A stretch of DNA of 64,000 nucleotides from an uncultured Gemmatimonadales bacterium (GTDB lineage: Bacteria; Gemmatimonadota; Gemmatimonadetes; Gemmatimonadales; Gemmatimonadaceae), in assembly GCA_963737895.1 (NCBI GenBank), contig CAVTUF010000001.1, positions 1,289,150 through 1,353,149 of the forward strand. The letters are read 5' to 3'. Positions 45,980 through 55,332 of the stretch are shown one piece after another (the first letter of the stretch is position 1; the number at the start of each line of letters is the position of its first letter). The notes under the pieces were generated by a model that had not been told where the DNA came from, did no database searches, and was given only the letters and a program-made list of their open reading frames with translations. The position numbers and the translations under genes are program-made.

Positions 45980-48900
45980 TCAGAGCCCCAAGTCGAGGCC
46001 AAGGAAATACGTCCTGGCCGGAGGGAATGGACTGATGTCCTGGCCGCGAGTGATTGTCTGATTGCCGTTGATGCTGATTTCCGGGTCGAGCCCGTCGTAT
46101 CCGGTGCTCGTCCAGAGATTGTATCCGCTCACCTCGAGCCGGGCGCTCGTGACACGGTTGCCCGGAATCCTCGCGACGAGGTTCGTCGGAAGCGTATAGC
46201 TCAGAGAAACCTGGCGGAGCTTCAGGAAGCTCGCGTCCTGTACATAGGGCGTCAGTCCGGCGCCGAATTTCGCCAGCCGGTTGGCCGCCTTGGCCGAGTC
46301 GCCGTAGAGTTGCGCACTGCCGTCGAAATAGAGATCCGTCAGGTTGATGGTACTGCCCCCGCGACTCACGTCGATCAGCCCGAAGAGCCGGAATGGACCC
46401 AGGTTGAAGGTGTTGCCGTAGCTCATCCTCCAGCCTGGCGTGAAGTCGCCCACCTGAAGCGGCAGGCCATCCTTGCCGATGATGTTTGGGTTGACGACTT
46501 CGGATACCGAGCGGCCAGGTGCCAGGAAGCCCGCCCCGAATCCGAACGTGCTCCCCGCTTCGAACGGCTGCACCGGAAGCGAATTCACGGTGCTGTAGTT
46601 GCGGTAGAAGGTCACCGTCGTGGACCACGTCAGCCCGCGCTGCATCTGAATCGGCGTGGCTTGCAACGACAGCTCGAGCCCTTCATTCGTGAACTCGCCA
46701 CCATTGATGAACTCACTGCTGAACCCTGCCGACGGGTCGACGGTCGGCTGCAGGATCAGGTTGGTCAACCGTTTCTGATAGATGGTCGCGGAGAATTGCG
46801 CCCGTGACTTGAAGAATGTCGCGTCGATACCCGTCTCGATCTCGGCCTCGGACTCCGGCTTGATGTTGGGATCGCCGTTGTTCGAGTTCGCGGTGATGCC
46901 GTTCGCGCCGCCCAGGACGGTCGTGTTGAATGGCGTGTACTTCATGCCGTAGAGCGGCAGGTTGCCCGACTGCCCATATGCCCCCCGGAGTTTGATCTCG
47001 TCGATGAAGCCGGCGAACTGCGGGACGATATAGGACGCCGAAAACCGCGGATAGGCGTAGAACTTGGCGATGTCGCCGTCGTTCGTGGACCGTTCCGCGG
47101 TGACACCGGCCGTCAACGTCAGTTTGTTGTTGAGCGTGATCACCTGCTCCTGCGCGTACAGCGACTGATCGAGCTGTTTCGTCTGGTTGTAGAAGTTCGA
47201 CAGCACCGAGCCGACCGTCGGCACGCCAGCCCCCGCGAGCAGGTTGACGCCCACGGTCACCGGGTTGGCCAGGTCGCGCCGGTCACGCGTGAAGCCAACC
47301 GACGTCGTGGCGTCGAGGAACGAGAATCCCGTGTAGTGATGCGTGAGGTTGATCGAGTAGTTGAAATAGTTGATCGTGGCATTGTTTGACACGGCGGCGC
47401 CCGGCAAGGCCGTCGGGATGCTCTGCTCGACCTGCAGGTCCGGCGGCGCGTACAGAAGGTCGTGCACACTCGCCAGGTCGGCACCGCCCTGAAAGTTCAC
47501 GGTCAGTGTCTGGTGCGTGAGCCTGATCGGTTCCCAGTTGATGTTGCCACCGCCGATGAAGCGGCTGACATCCTCTGGCGTCTGGATCTCGACCGCGTCG
47601 GCGAAGGGGTTTGCCGGACTGAACGGATTGACCGGCCACACACCGCCCGCACCCTGCGTGTTCAGCTTGACGAACGCCGGGGTAAACGAGAGCACGTTGT
47701 ACGGGCTGATGCCGATGTTGTCGTTGCCGGTGATCCCGCGCCGGGTTTGGTCGTGGATGTAGTTCAGATTGGCCGTGACGGACAGCGCGGAGTTGAATGT
47801 CTCCGTCACGTTCGACCGGACCGACTGCTTGTTGTAGCCCGTGTTCTCCATGAGACCATTGTCATACTTGGAGAGACCGGACAGGAAATACTGCGTCGGA
47901 CCCGACGCGCCAGCCACGCTGATGTTGGTCTGATACGAGAGCTGGCTGTTGCCGAACAACTGCTGCTGATAGTCCTGCGGGCCCGCGTAGAGCGATTTGA
48001 TATGCGCGCTGTCCGCGGTGGCAGCCGGCGTGCCGGCATTCGCCGCCTTGACGTCGTTGATGTACCAGAGTTGCGCGCTACCCAGCGTCGGGAACGTGCG
48101 GATCGGTAGTGTGTTCTCGATCGCCGCGTGGCCGACCTTCTGACCGATATCCCACTTGGGCTTGCCGCTCGCGCCTTTCTTGGTCGTGATGATGACCACG
48201 CCCGCCGACGCTTTGGATCCGTAGATCGCGGACGCCGAAGCGCCTTTCAGCACTTCGATGCTCTCGATGTCGTCGGGGTTGATGTCGGCGATGCGGTTCA
48301 CGCCGTTGTCCTGCGGACTCGGCGCCCCGCCGACCGCCGCGCCGGTCGAGGTGACCCCGCCGCCTTCCTGGTTGATCGCGTTGATGTCGGGGTTGATCGT
48401 CTCGTTGTTCACGATCACACCGTCGATGACGTAGAGCGGCGAGGCGTTACCGTTGATCGACGTCACGCCACGCACCTGGATCTGCATGCCGCCGCCCGGC
48501 GCACCGCCGTTGTTCGACTGGATCACCGCGCCCGGCACCTTGCCCTGGAGCGCGTTCTCCATCGTCGGCACTGGCGTTTCGGTCACGTCCTGCGTGCTCA
48601 CGACCGCCACGGCATTGGCCGCGTTCTTCGACGACACCGTCGTCGCGACACCGGTCACGACCTGCGCCTCGAGCCGCAGGACGTCCGGCTCCAAAGCGAT
48701 CGTCGCGGTGGTTTGGCCCGCGGCCACTGGCACGACCACCTGGAGAAACCCGATCCGGCGCACCGTCAGCGTCTTGGCGTCGGGCGGCAGGCGAAGAGTG
48801 AACGTACCGCTGTCGCTCGAATTGGTCCCGACTGTGGTCCCGGTCACCAGGATTGCCGCGCCGGGGATGGGCGCATGGCTCTTGGCGTCCTCTACCCGGC

Positions 48901-49033
48901 CCTTGAGTGTCGCCTGCTGCGCTCGGGCCACAGGCACGGCGGCCCCCATCAGCGCCACTGCGCCAATCAGCCCCCGAAGTCCCCGCAACCCCCGCCGGAC
49001 CATCCACCCGCAGCGAACATTGGATGTCGTCAC
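45980..49033 (-). CDS. SusC/RagA-family TonB-dependent outer-membrane receptor
   Basis: 1017 aa. It has an N-terminal carboxypeptidase-regulatory-like domain (LKGRVEDAKSHAPIPGAAILV), a plug (IESIEVLKGASASAIYGSKASAGVVIITTK) and a beta-barrel ending in ...YFLGLDLGL. The start is GTG 49033 or ATG 49003. Confidence 0.92.
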   Translation of the reverse strand: MTTSNVRCGWMVRRGLRGLRGLIGAVALMGAAVPVARAQQATLKGRVEDAKSHAPIPGAAILVTGTTVGTNSSDSGTFTLRLPPDAKTLTVRRIGFLQVVVPVAAGQTTATIALEPDVLRLEAQVVTGVATTVSSKNAANAVAVVSTQDVTETPVPTMENALQGKVPGAVIQSNNGGAPGGGMQIQVRGVTSINGNASPLYVIDGVIVNNETINPDINAINQEGGGVTSTGAAVGGAPSPQDNGVNRIADINPDDIESIEVLKGASASAIYGSKASAGVVIITTKKGASGKPKWDIGQKVGHAAIENTLPIRTFPTLGSAQLWYINDVKAANAGTPAATADSAHIKSLYAGPQDYQQQLFGNSQLSYQTNISVAGASGPTQYFLSGLSKYDNGLMENTGYNKQSVRSNVTETFNSALSVTANLNYIHDQTRRGITGNDNIGISPYNVLSFTPAFVKLNTQGAGGVWPVNPFSPANPFADAVEIQTPEDVSRFIGGGNINWEPIRLTHQTLTVNFQGGADLASVHDLLYAPPDLQVEQSIPTALPGAAVSNNATINYFNYSINLTHHYTGFSFLDATTSVGFTRDRRDLANPVTVGVNLLAGAGVPTVGSVLSNFYNQTKQLDQSLYAQEQVITLNNKLTLTAGVTAERSTNDGDIAKFYAYPRFSASYIVPQFAGFIDEIKLRGAYGQSGNLPLYGMKYTPFNTTVLGGANGITANSNNGDPNIKPESEAEIETGIDATFFKSRAQFSATIYQKRLTNLILQPTVDPSAGFSSEFINGGEFTNEGLELSLQATPIQMQRGLTWSTTVTFYRNYSTVNSLPVQPFEAGSTFGFGAGFLAPGRSVSEVVNPNIIGKDGLPLQVGDFTPGWRMSYGNTFNLGPFRLFGLIDVSRGGSTINLTDLYFDGSAQLYGDSAKAANRLAKFGAGLTPYVQDASFLKLRQVSLSYTLPTNLVARIPGNRVTSARLEVSGYNLWTSTGYDGLDPEISINGNQTITRGQDISPFPPARTYFLGLDLGL

Positions 49034-49292
49034 GATGCCGCCCGCGTCAATGTCGCCACATGACGCGCCGAACCCGCACGTTCCGCCCTGCTGTCCATGG
49101 AGTTCTCTCCTCTGTGTGAGCCTCAGGGGTCGTTCGCTACCCCGGAGAATGAAGGCGGCTGGCCGCCAGTACGGCTGTGGGGATGCTGCACGTTCGCCCG
49201 TCCCGATCCGCCGAGCCGTGCGAACGAATGTTCCGGACAGCCGCCACCCGACAACCCTCCGCCAAAAGCGAGACGGCGTCTCACGCCTCGCG

Positions 49293-49323
49293 GGTCAGGG
49301 TTCTGTTAGGTCAGGGTTCTGTT
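49293..49323. repeat. perfect 15-bp direct repeat GGTCAGGGTTCTGTT x2 separated by 1 nt
   Basis: Copies at 49293-49307 and 49309-49323, in the intergenic region 260-290 nt upstream of the SusC start. Confidence 0.8.
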
Positions 49324-49369
49324 TATAGTCCGCCAGCCTATCGGCTGTCAAGACAGAAACGTGGCCGGG

Positions 49370-49396
49370 GGCCGGCTGCAGTCACTGCAGCCGGCC
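49370..49396 (-). terminator. hairpin terminator downstream of the LVIVD-repeat gene
   Basis: GGCCGGCTGCAG-tca-CTGCAGCCGGCC. On the minus strand it is followed by a T-rich GTTTCTGTCTT. Confidence 0.65.
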
Positions 49397-49445
49397 TCAT
49401 GTCTCAAATGGTCGGGTTGGCCAGACACTCGGCCTCCTGTCTGTC

Positions 49446-50903
49446 TTAGTTGCCGCCCGCCTTGGTGCCGGGAGCGGGCGCCGGATGGCTCGAGCCCGGC
49501 GGCCCGTGATCCCAGTCCTGTGCGCTCGAGATGTTCGGCATCGACCAGTCGTCGCCATTCCATCCGCTGAAGCCGTCCATCTTGAACAGCCAGGCCCCGG
49601 TGTTGGAGTCGGTGAGCAGAATCAGGCCATCGGCGTTGCGTACCATGACGCCGAATGCGCCGTTGTAAATGCTCGTGCCCTGCCAATCCGGAAGACCACC
49701 GAAGCCGGTTTCGTGCGTGCACTCGCAGGTGTAGTACCATCCCATGGTCTTCGGATGTTTCGGGTCCTGCATGTTGAAGACCTGGAGTCCATCCTCATAG
49801 GCGGACACGAAAACGTAGGGCCAGCGCACTTCGTGGTTGTGCGCGAGATCGTTCCAGTCGGCGTTCCACACCGCGATGGGCTGCGTGATCGCCTGGACCT
49901 TGCCCTCGAGACCCGGACGGAGATCGAAGATCCGGAGCGGCGCCCACTGATACTCCGTCTCCGCGACCGCGAACAATCCATCGGGCGACGGCGTGAACGT
50001 GTGGCCCCAGCTGATGCCAGCCGAGCCGACGACGGACGTGATCAGTTTCGGTGCATCGGTATGCGTGACGTCGAAAACGTAGTACCCGCCGGCGCCGGCG
50101 CCGTAGAACTTGTCCTGCCGCGTCCCGGGGTCATAGCCGACGTAGAAGTCGTGGTATCCGGAAATCGACAGCGGTTTCGCGCTGTTCATCCCTGGGAGTG
50201 CCTCATCCCACTTGGGGCCGGGCGGGATGGGTACCGTTCCCACGAGCCCCTGGTCCTTGTCACCGCTCAGAAGCTTGTCCATGTCGTAGATGTTCGCGAC
50301 GCTGGACGTCGTGGTGGTGAACAGCAGCACCCGGCCATCCGAGTGCTTGTACGCAAACAGGTTGTGGAACCCGCCTGGCAGATTCGGGGCCCGGATGCGC
50401 GCGACCACTTTGATCTTCGACGTGTCGGGCAGCCCCGTGACGTCGAAGATGACGGCGCCAAGGTCGGCGTCGGGTGAACCCTGCAGGAACTGGAAGCACA
50501 CCGCGACGTAGTACTTGTTGTGCAGCTTGAAGTACTTCGCGCGGAGACCGCCGTCGCCGGAGTGGAGTGCGGAGTTTTCGATCTTCCACTTGTAGAGGAC
50601 CTTGACGTTGTTCAGGTCGTGCATGTCGAGGATCGTGAAGCCGGGCCGGTCCCGGAGTTGGCCGACGTAGGCGTACGGGCGCGACATCTCCTGTTCGAGG
50701 TCCGCGTCGCCGACGCGGAAATACCCGCCGAGGGGAATGTGCGCGATCAGGTGCATGTTGGGACTGCCGCCCACTTTCTCGAGCGGCGCCGCGCCCGGCG
50801 CCGTGGCGGCACGGGGATCCTGCCCGCGAACCGTGATCGCTCCGGCCAGAAACAGCCCGGCGCATGCGACCGACAGTGGAAGACCTCGTCGTATCTGCAA
50901 CAT
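49446..50903 (-). CDS. LVIVD-repeat beta-propeller protein, secreted
   Basis: ATG at 50903 with a signal peptide. Recurrent hydrophobic-x-[FIV]D blades (FTILDMHD, AVIFDVTG, ANIYDMDK, YYVFDVTH, LRIFDLRP, LQVFNMQD). Confidence 0.7.
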   Translation of the reverse strand: MLQIRRGLPLSVACAGLFLAGAITVRGQDPRAATAPGAAPLEKVGGSPNMHLIAHIPLGGYFRVGDADLEQEMSRPYAYVGQLRDRPGFTILDMHDLNNVKVLYKWKIENSALHSGDGGLRAKYFKLHNKYYVAVCFQFLQGSPDADLGAVIFDVTGLPDTSKIKVVARIRAPNLPGGFHNLFAYKHSDGRVLLFTTTTSSVANIYDMDKLLSGDKDQGLVGTVPIPPGPKWDEALPGMNSAKPLSISGYHDFYVGYDPGTRQDKFYGAGAGGYYVFDVTHTDAPKLITSVVGSAGISWGHTFTPSPDGLFAVAETEYQWAPLRIFDLRPGLEGKVQAITQPIAVWNADWNDLAHNHEVRWPYVFVSAYEDGLQVFNMQDPKHPKTMGWYYTCECTHETGFGGLPDWQGTSIYNGAFGVMVRNADGLILLTDSNTGAWLFKMDGFSGWNGDDWSMPNISSAQDWDHGPPGSSHPAPAPGTKAGGN

Positions 50904-50975
50904 AGACTCCCTCGGAATTGTGAAAAGAAACTGCAAGACAAACTGCAATGCAAAGAGGAATGCACCGCCGCCGGG

Positions 50976-52769
50976 CTACGGCGCCGGGTCCACCGTGAAC
51001 ATCATGTGCATCCCCGCCTCCAGATGCTCCGCGATGTGGCAATGCGCCATCCACGTCCCTGGATTGGATGCGTCGAGCAGAATGTCCTCCGCCGATCCGA
51101 CCGGGATGAGCTCCGTGTCCTGCCAGGCGAGGTTCGGGTTCGGCACGCCATCACGCGCGATGACCAGAAACCGCTGTCCGTGGAAATGGATCGGATGCCC
51201 CATCGGATGCATGGACTTGGCATCGTTGCGGATCCGGATCTTCGCGACGTCGCCCTGCTTGAAGTGCCAGTTGATGTCCATGTCCTCCTTGCCGGTCGCC
51301 ATGTCGCGCATGATCCAGTGGACTTCCTTGGCGGTGGAAACCCAGTTCATGTCCGGCATCCCGTCGTTCCACTCCACTGGCGAGAAGTACATCGTGTCCA
51401 CGATCATGAACGACACGATCGAGTTCGGCAGCCCCTGGATGTTCACGGTGAGCGCCAACTCGTGATCCACCGGCTTGTCGAAGTATTTCCGGTACCGGTC
51501 GATGTCCAATGTGACGGCGGCATTGGCGCGCAGCGTCGCGAATTCGTGTGCGTGATCGGCGGTCGTGGGGTCGGCTGAGACGGTGACGGTCCCAAGGGTA
51601 TCCACTTCCGGGAAATACTCGCCGGCGTAGTTGTTGACTGCCTGCACCCGATTCGTCAGCGCAAAGGTCCCCGGCGTGTCGAACCGCACTTCAGCGATGT
51701 AGCGCTGGGCCGGCGAGATCACGATGTTGCTGACCATCTGCTCGTGCTCGTAGCGACTGAGATCGGTCGCCACCAGCTTGATTGGCGCGCCGCCGAAATT
51801 GAGGTTGTAGCTGCGAGCGTTCGACGCATCCGTCAGGAAGAACCGGACGACGTCGCCACGGTGTACGGCGAGATGGTAGTTTGGCTCGCCATTGACGAGG
51901 AACAGGTTGCCGAACCGCCCCATGATCGTGAAATCCGCCGCGTCTTTTCCGTAGGGGATGATCCCCTGCCTGTCCACCAGCAGGTCGTCCAGAATCAGCA
52001 CCGCCTCGGCGTTGGCCGCGTTGTAGTAGTGCGGATCGGGCAATGTGACCACCGCGTTGCCGAATAGGCCGAGGTTCTGCTCAATGTCCTCCCGGACGTG
52101 CGGGTGGTACCAGTAGAGGCCCGCATCGGGAAAGTGGACCTGGTAGACGAACATCCCGCCCGGCGGCACCGCATCCTGCGTGAGGCCCACTGAGCCGTCG
52201 AACTTGTTCGCCAGCCTGACGCCGTGCCAATGGATCGATGACGGCAGGTCAATGTGATTCGTGAACCGCACGTAGATCGTCGCGTTCTGATGCACGCGGA
52301 TCAGTGGGCCCGGATACTGTCCGTTGAACGCGTACATCGCGTAGGTCGCACCCTTGATCGTGCGGCGGATCAGCCGGGCGTCGAGGTTGAGGGTGTCGCC
52401 ATCCTTCATCTCCACGGGCGTGCTCGCCACGCCAGCTGGAAGACTGGCCACGTCGGTCCCCGCACCCGGCAAGTAGGCCGGCCCCTGCGGATGGAGCGAC
52501 TCCATACCCGGCATCATCGGGATGTCGGCCGGCATCGGCGGCATCCGGTGGCCCGCGGCCGGACCGGCGTTCCCCATCGCCATGCCGGGCATCCCCGCCA
52601 TCCCACCCATCCCGCCGTGCAATGTGTCCGCCGGCGCGGTCTGCGATGCGGCCGTCCCCGGCCCCGTCCAGCCAGCGAGCGCCGCGATGACCAGCGCGGT
52701 CACCATGGTGCGGAATCGCACGCTGCACTGAACGCTGGACACCGGCCCGGGCCGCCTGGTGGCCGTCAC
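50976..52769 (-). CDS. multicopper oxidase with a Met-rich N-terminal region
   Basis: Copper motifs HWHGV, HPHV, HPIHFHG and HCHIAEHLEAGM. The Met-rich stretch is GGMGGMAGMPGMAM...MPPMPADIPMMPGM. The start is GTG 52769 or ATG 52706. Confidence 0.9.
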   Translation of the reverse strand: MTATRRPGPVSSVQCSVRFRTMVTALVIAALAGWTGPGTAASQTAPADTLHGGMGGMAGMPGMAMGNAGPAAGHRMPPMPADIPMMPGMESLHPQGPAYLPGAGTDVASLPAGVASTPVEMKDGDTLNLDARLIRRTIKGATYAMYAFNGQYPGPLIRVHQNATIYVRFTNHIDLPSSIHWHGVRLANKFDGSVGLTQDAVPPGGMFVYQVHFPDAGLYWYHPHVREDIEQNLGLFGNAVVTLPDPHYYNAANAEAVLILDDLLVDRQGIIPYGKDAADFTIMGRFGNLFLVNGEPNYHLAVHRGDVVRFFLTDASNARSYNLNFGGAPIKLVATDLSRYEHEQMVSNIVISPAQRYIAEVRFDTPGTFALTNRVQAVNNYAGEYFPEVDTLGTVTVSADPTTADHAHEFATLRANAAVTLDIDRYRKYFDKPVDHELALTVNIQGLPNSIVSFMIVDTMYFSPVEWNDGMPDMNWVSTAKEVHWIMRDMATGKEDMDINWHFKQGDVAKIRIRNDAKSMHPMGHPIHFHGQRFLVIARDGVPNPNLAWQDTELIPVGSAEDILLDASNPGTWMAHCHIAEHLEAGMHMMFTVDPAP

Positions 52770-52788
52770 GCGAGCACCGGTGCCGGCC

Positions 52789-53334
52789 CTACCACTGCGG
52801 GTTGCCGCCGTTGTTGAGAATGTGACTCCCGTACCGCTGCATCCACGTGCTGGGCGAGACGCCTTTGAGCAGGATCGTGCCCGACCAGTGTGGCTCCGCG
52901 GCCGGCTTGGCGCCGGGCTGAGCGCCGGTCTTCTCCGCCGTCACCAGTACGATGAACTTGTTCCAGTCGACCTCGCCGGAGCTGGAGCCGTCTGCCGCCA
53001 CGGGTCCCAGCCGCCGCGCAACACTGAGGTCGGGAACGGTGGCCCACGCGACATACGTGGATGCGCCATCATACACGTGCGGATCGGCGGGCAATCCGCT
53101 CACGCGGAGATGGACGTCGTAGCGCAGGTGGCCATCCGGCGTCAGCGACATCCCGAACGGAGACTGCGACCGCGTGAGAACGGCGATGCCGGACGCACCC
53201 CGGGCATCGCTCGTCGGTTGGAGTGCGATGCTGTCGATCGCGGGACGCAGCAGGCGGCTGGCATTCCGGCCCGGACCGGGGGCCATGGTTGCGGCCATGA
53301 GCGCTACGCCCGCGATCATGAGGTCGGCTTTCAT
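52789..53334 (-). CDS. hypothetical secreted protein (weakly RskA-C-terminal-like)
   Basis: The ATG overlaps the upstream S9 stop (ATGA at 53331-53334). It has a signal peptide and no confident family assignment. Confidence 0.55.
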   Translation of the reverse strand: MKADLMIAGVALMAATMAPGPGRNASRLLRPAIDSIALQPTSDARGASGIAVLTRSQSPFGMSLTPDGHLRYDVHLRVSGLPADPHVYDGASTYVAWATVPDLSVARRLGPVAADGSSSGEVDWNKFIVLVTAEKTGAQPGAKPAAEPHWSGTILLKGVSPSTWMQRYGSHILNNGGNPQW

Positions 53335-55304
53335 TGACGGCCCCCGGCGGCACTGGCCGGCAGGTGCTGTTCGCTCTCGTGCACGCCGTCTTTCAGGTAC
53401 TGGTCGAAATACGCCTGCATGTCGCCGAGCATCGTCCGGATGTTCGCGGCGCTCCGGATGTAGTAGTTCTCGTTGGGATATGCCTTGAACTTCCCGGCCT
53501 TGTACCGGAACTCGAGCCGGTCGGCAAACTGGTGGCCGGCGTTCGAACGCGGCAGGTCCTTGCCCTCGCCGTTGATCAGGAAGAGCGGTGTCTGAATGCT
53601 GTCGACGTAGTAGATCGGCGAGAGCGACCGATACAGTTTCTCGTGCGTTGCGAGCGGCCCCAGCTCGTAGTCGAGCAGCTTAATGTGCCGTAGCTCCTGC
53701 TCATTGTAGAAGGCGATCCAGTCCCCGTAGCCCGATCCGGCGATCCCCGCCTGAAACACGCCGGGTGCGAACGCGGCCGCATCGAGTGTCATGCATCCGC
53801 CGTAGCTCGTGCCGGTAATACCCATGCGGGAGGCGAGGATGTACGGCTGCCGTTTGAGGAAATCCACTCCCGCGACCACATCCTTGAGGTCGCAGCGTCC
53901 CCAGCACCCGTTGTTCGCATCCTCGAATTGCCGTCCGTACCCGGAGCTGCCCCTGATATTGGGCAGGAGCACGGCATAGCCGCGCATGGCGAAGTACTGT
54001 GCCTCGGCCTGATACGTGTCGTTGAACGACGCCGTCGGGCCGCCATGAATCAGGAGAATCCCAGGCGCCTTCTCACCAGGCTTGAGCACCGGCTCGTAGA
54101 GATACGCCGCTATGGTCAGGCCATCCGGCGACTTGTAGCTCACTTTCTTCGGCCGGATGAGCGCGGGGGCGATGTATGGCGGTCCGGCGGACGTAGTGAG
54201 TTGCACCGGCGCGCCGCCCGCCGCCGCCACGACGTACAGGTCGGCGGCCGCTGTCGGCGTCTCGAGTGTGTAGCTGATACGCGCGCCGTCCGGCGACCAG
54301 GCGGCGTTGTTGATGACGCCCATGTCCTCTGGCTTTGCGACGACCCGCGGCGCGCCGCCCGCGGCACTCACGACGCGGAGATCCTGCGTCCCGTTCCACA
54401 GCGCCTCGTAGAGGATCGACTTGCCGTCCGGCGACCACCGCGCGCCACTCTGATTGGCGGCCTCCGGAGCGATCGCGCGGGGGGCGCCGCCGCTCATCGG
54501 AACGGACCAGTAGTTGACCCATCCGCTGCGCTGTGACCGGAACAGGAGTGTCGCCCCGTCCGGCGAGATGGCCGGATACCCGAATCCACCGCCCTCGGCG
54601 TAGTCGAAGAATCCGGTGTCCTTCACCACGGCATGCGGGATGGATGCGCCGGCTGGATCGATGGCATAGACGGTATGCTCTGCCCAGCGATCATCGAGTT
54701 GGACGAAGACGACGTGCTTGCTGTCCGGCGTCCACGAGGGAAACACGTCGTTGAGTGCGCCCGTCGTAATGCGCGTGACTGCGCCGCCCCGTACCTGCAC
54801 GACGTAGATGGCGTAGTTCCCGAACTTGTCGCCTGCCAGCGCGATCTCCTGGCCATCGGGGGACCAGGAATAGGAGTTGATGCGCGCGCCCAGGTTCGTG
54901 AGCTGCGTCTCCCGGCCGTCTTGCAGCGACCGGAGGTACACCTCGGCGGGCCCGGTGCGCGTTGACAGGTAAGAGACCCATTTGCCGTCCGGCGAATAGG
55001 CCGCCTGATGCGTCTGGAGGAACGCAATGTCACCCATGTCGATGTGCAGCGAGTGGGGGAATCCGCCCGACGGCCCCACCGTCCACAGGTCAGACTCGCC
55101 CAGAGCGCCACCGAACATGATGTTCGCGCCATCGGGAGACCATTGCGGGGCCGCGCCGCCGACCAGCGACCGGACGGAGACCAGGTCTCCCGCGCTGAGT
55201 ATCTGCTGGCCCGGCCCGTCACCCCCTCCCGTCTGCGCCGGCGCGGACCGTGAGAGCACCAGCCCGAGCGCGGCTGCGCCAATTCCGATCAGGACTCGCT
55301 GCAT
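53331..55304 (-). CDS. S9-family serine peptidase with TolB-like beta-propeller
   Basis: Signal peptide, SPDG propeller repeats, the nucleophile GITGTSYGG, and LLIHGGP...GEGKD...H. Confidence 0.9.
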   Translation of the reverse strand: MQRVLIGIGAAALGLVLSRSAPAQTGGGDGPGQQILSAGDLVSVRSLVGGAAPQWSPDGANIMFGGALGESDLWTVGPSGGFPHSLHIDMGDIAFLQTHQAAYSPDGKWVSYLSTRTGPAEVYLRSLQDGRETQLTNLGARINSYSWSPDGQEIALAGDKFGNYAIYVVQVRGGAVTRITTGALNDVFPSWTPDSKHVVFVQLDDRWAEHTVYAIDPAGASIPHAVVKDTGFFDYAEGGGFGYPAISPDGATLLFRSQRSGWVNYWSVPMSGGAPRAIAPEAANQSGARWSPDGKSILYEALWNGTQDLRVVSAAGGAPRVVAKPEDMGVINNAAWSPDGARISYTLETPTAAADLYVVAAAGGAPVQLTTSAGPPYIAPALIRPKKVSYKSPDGLTIAAYLYEPVLKPGEKAPGILLIHGGPTASFNDTYQAEAQYFAMRGYAVLLPNIRGSSGYGRQFEDANNGCWGRCDLKDVVAGVDFLKRQPYILASRMGITGTSYGGCMTLDAAAFAPGVFQAGIAGSGYGDWIAFYNEQELRHIKLLDYELGPLATHEKLYRSLSPIYYVDSIQTPLFLINGEGKDLPRSNAGHQFADRLEFRYKAGKFKAYPNENYYIRSAANIRTMLGDMQAYFDQYLKDGVHESEQHLPASAAGGRQ

Positions 55305-55332
55305 GCGGCCTCCTCGCCGGACATACGGTGGA

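Noticed and set aside
32423-49323. Short tandem repeats (12-nt at 16391 and 32423, 15-nt at 49293) as a possible CRISPR or mobile-element signature.
   Set aside because: There are only 2-4 contiguous copies, no spacers, and no cas, transposase or integrase genes anywhere in the window.
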